A stretch of DNA of 34,817 nucleotides, from the NCBI RefSeq assembly GCF_001194135.2, contig NC_068985.1, positions 48,471,836-48,506,652 of the forward strand, given 5' to 3'. Position numbers and translations under genes: made by a program. Shown here one piece after another: positions 34,073 to 34,817 of the stretch. The DNA comes from Octopus bimaculoides. Its lineage: Eukaryota. The notes under the pieces were generated by a model. That model did not search any database. It was not told where the DNA came from and was given only the letters and a program-made list of their open reading frames with translations. Every line of letters starts with the position of its first letter. The stretch's first letter is position 1.

Positions 34073-34630
34073 TGAGTGAGAGAGCAGTCCTTGCCATCAA
34101 AGTGACACTGGTGTAAAATATACGAAGCCCATTATACCCATCATGACTACCCTTCTGATAAGGGTACACCGTGCACATGCATTACAACCATATGTGCGCG
34201 ACATGGAGATCTCATGTCAAGATAAACAGCGCATGACCTCGCAAGTGGGGCCCAGTTAGAATTTTCTTCAAGTCGAGTAGCCCATCCTGCTCAAAAGGTC
34301 CCTGAATAAGGTTTCTTTAAGGATGTTGAGCAAAATATCAATGTTTCCAAAGGTGAATTATTCAGACCCCAAAGAATTCCTCTCAACACATGCCTATGAT
34401 GCTCCCCCACTACTTATGTTCATGATCAGAGATGCACATGTCGTCAACCACTAAGGGTCATGCTCAACTGGTTAAGGTCAAACAACTGACAAGCAAGTCT
34501 GTGGTATTAAGCAGAATATTTGCTGTAGCCCATCTTTTATACCAAGACAAAACAATGTACATGATAACACTTCCAATCAATTAAGATCAGAAGCCATGAG
34601 AGCCACTGCCTGGTACTGCATCAGGGCATT
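34073..34630 (-). mobile_element. ~545-bp orphan element, copy 2 (inverted relative to copy 1)
   Basis: Same 5' and 3' boundaries as copy 1, flanked by (AAG)(AAT)n upstream and (AAT)(GAT)n downstream. Confidence 0.85.
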
Positions 34631-34639
34631 CTTCTTCTT

Positions 34640-34729
<90 letters not shown>

Positions 34730-34730
34730 T

Positions 34731-34817
34731 TATGTTTGACTCTTGTTTTGCATTTGTACAAGTTGGATCCAAGTCTCACCCAGAGACCTCAAGAGACAAA
34801 AAAGTTAGAAGTTCATG
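34731..34817 (-). mobile_element. Second copy of the 3'UTR end seen at 33785-33880, running off the window
   Basis: TATGTTTGACT..TTGTACAAGTTG..CCAAGTCTCACCCAGAGAC..AGTTAGAAGTTCATG. Confidence 0.75.

Overview
AT-rich eukaryotic non-coding DNA packed with microsatellites and mobile elements, with 8 N-gaps. The SINE repertoire resembles that of Octopus (inference). No host protein-coding exon could be confidently recognised. Recognisable content: decayed CR1-clade RT; seven fragments of R4/Dong-type (restriction-like endonuclease) non-LTR retrotransposons; three tRNA-derived SINE families; a Helentron-associated (HINE-like) element; a decayed L1/Tx1-type gag-like ORF1; and two copies of a ~545-bp orphan element embedded in trinucleotide repeats. 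The main unexplained signal is eight minimal type I hammerhead-ribozyme motifs from at least six unrelated sequence families. Six of them lie in four short foldback (long inverted-repeat) elements with a recurrent architecture. Three of these foldbacks cluster at 19.6-23.0 kb around a (TTAGGG)n/(CCCTAA)n hairpin and a gag-only ORF that runs into it. All alignments and folds were done by eye; no database search or folding software was run, and element boundaries are approximate unless motifs are quoted.
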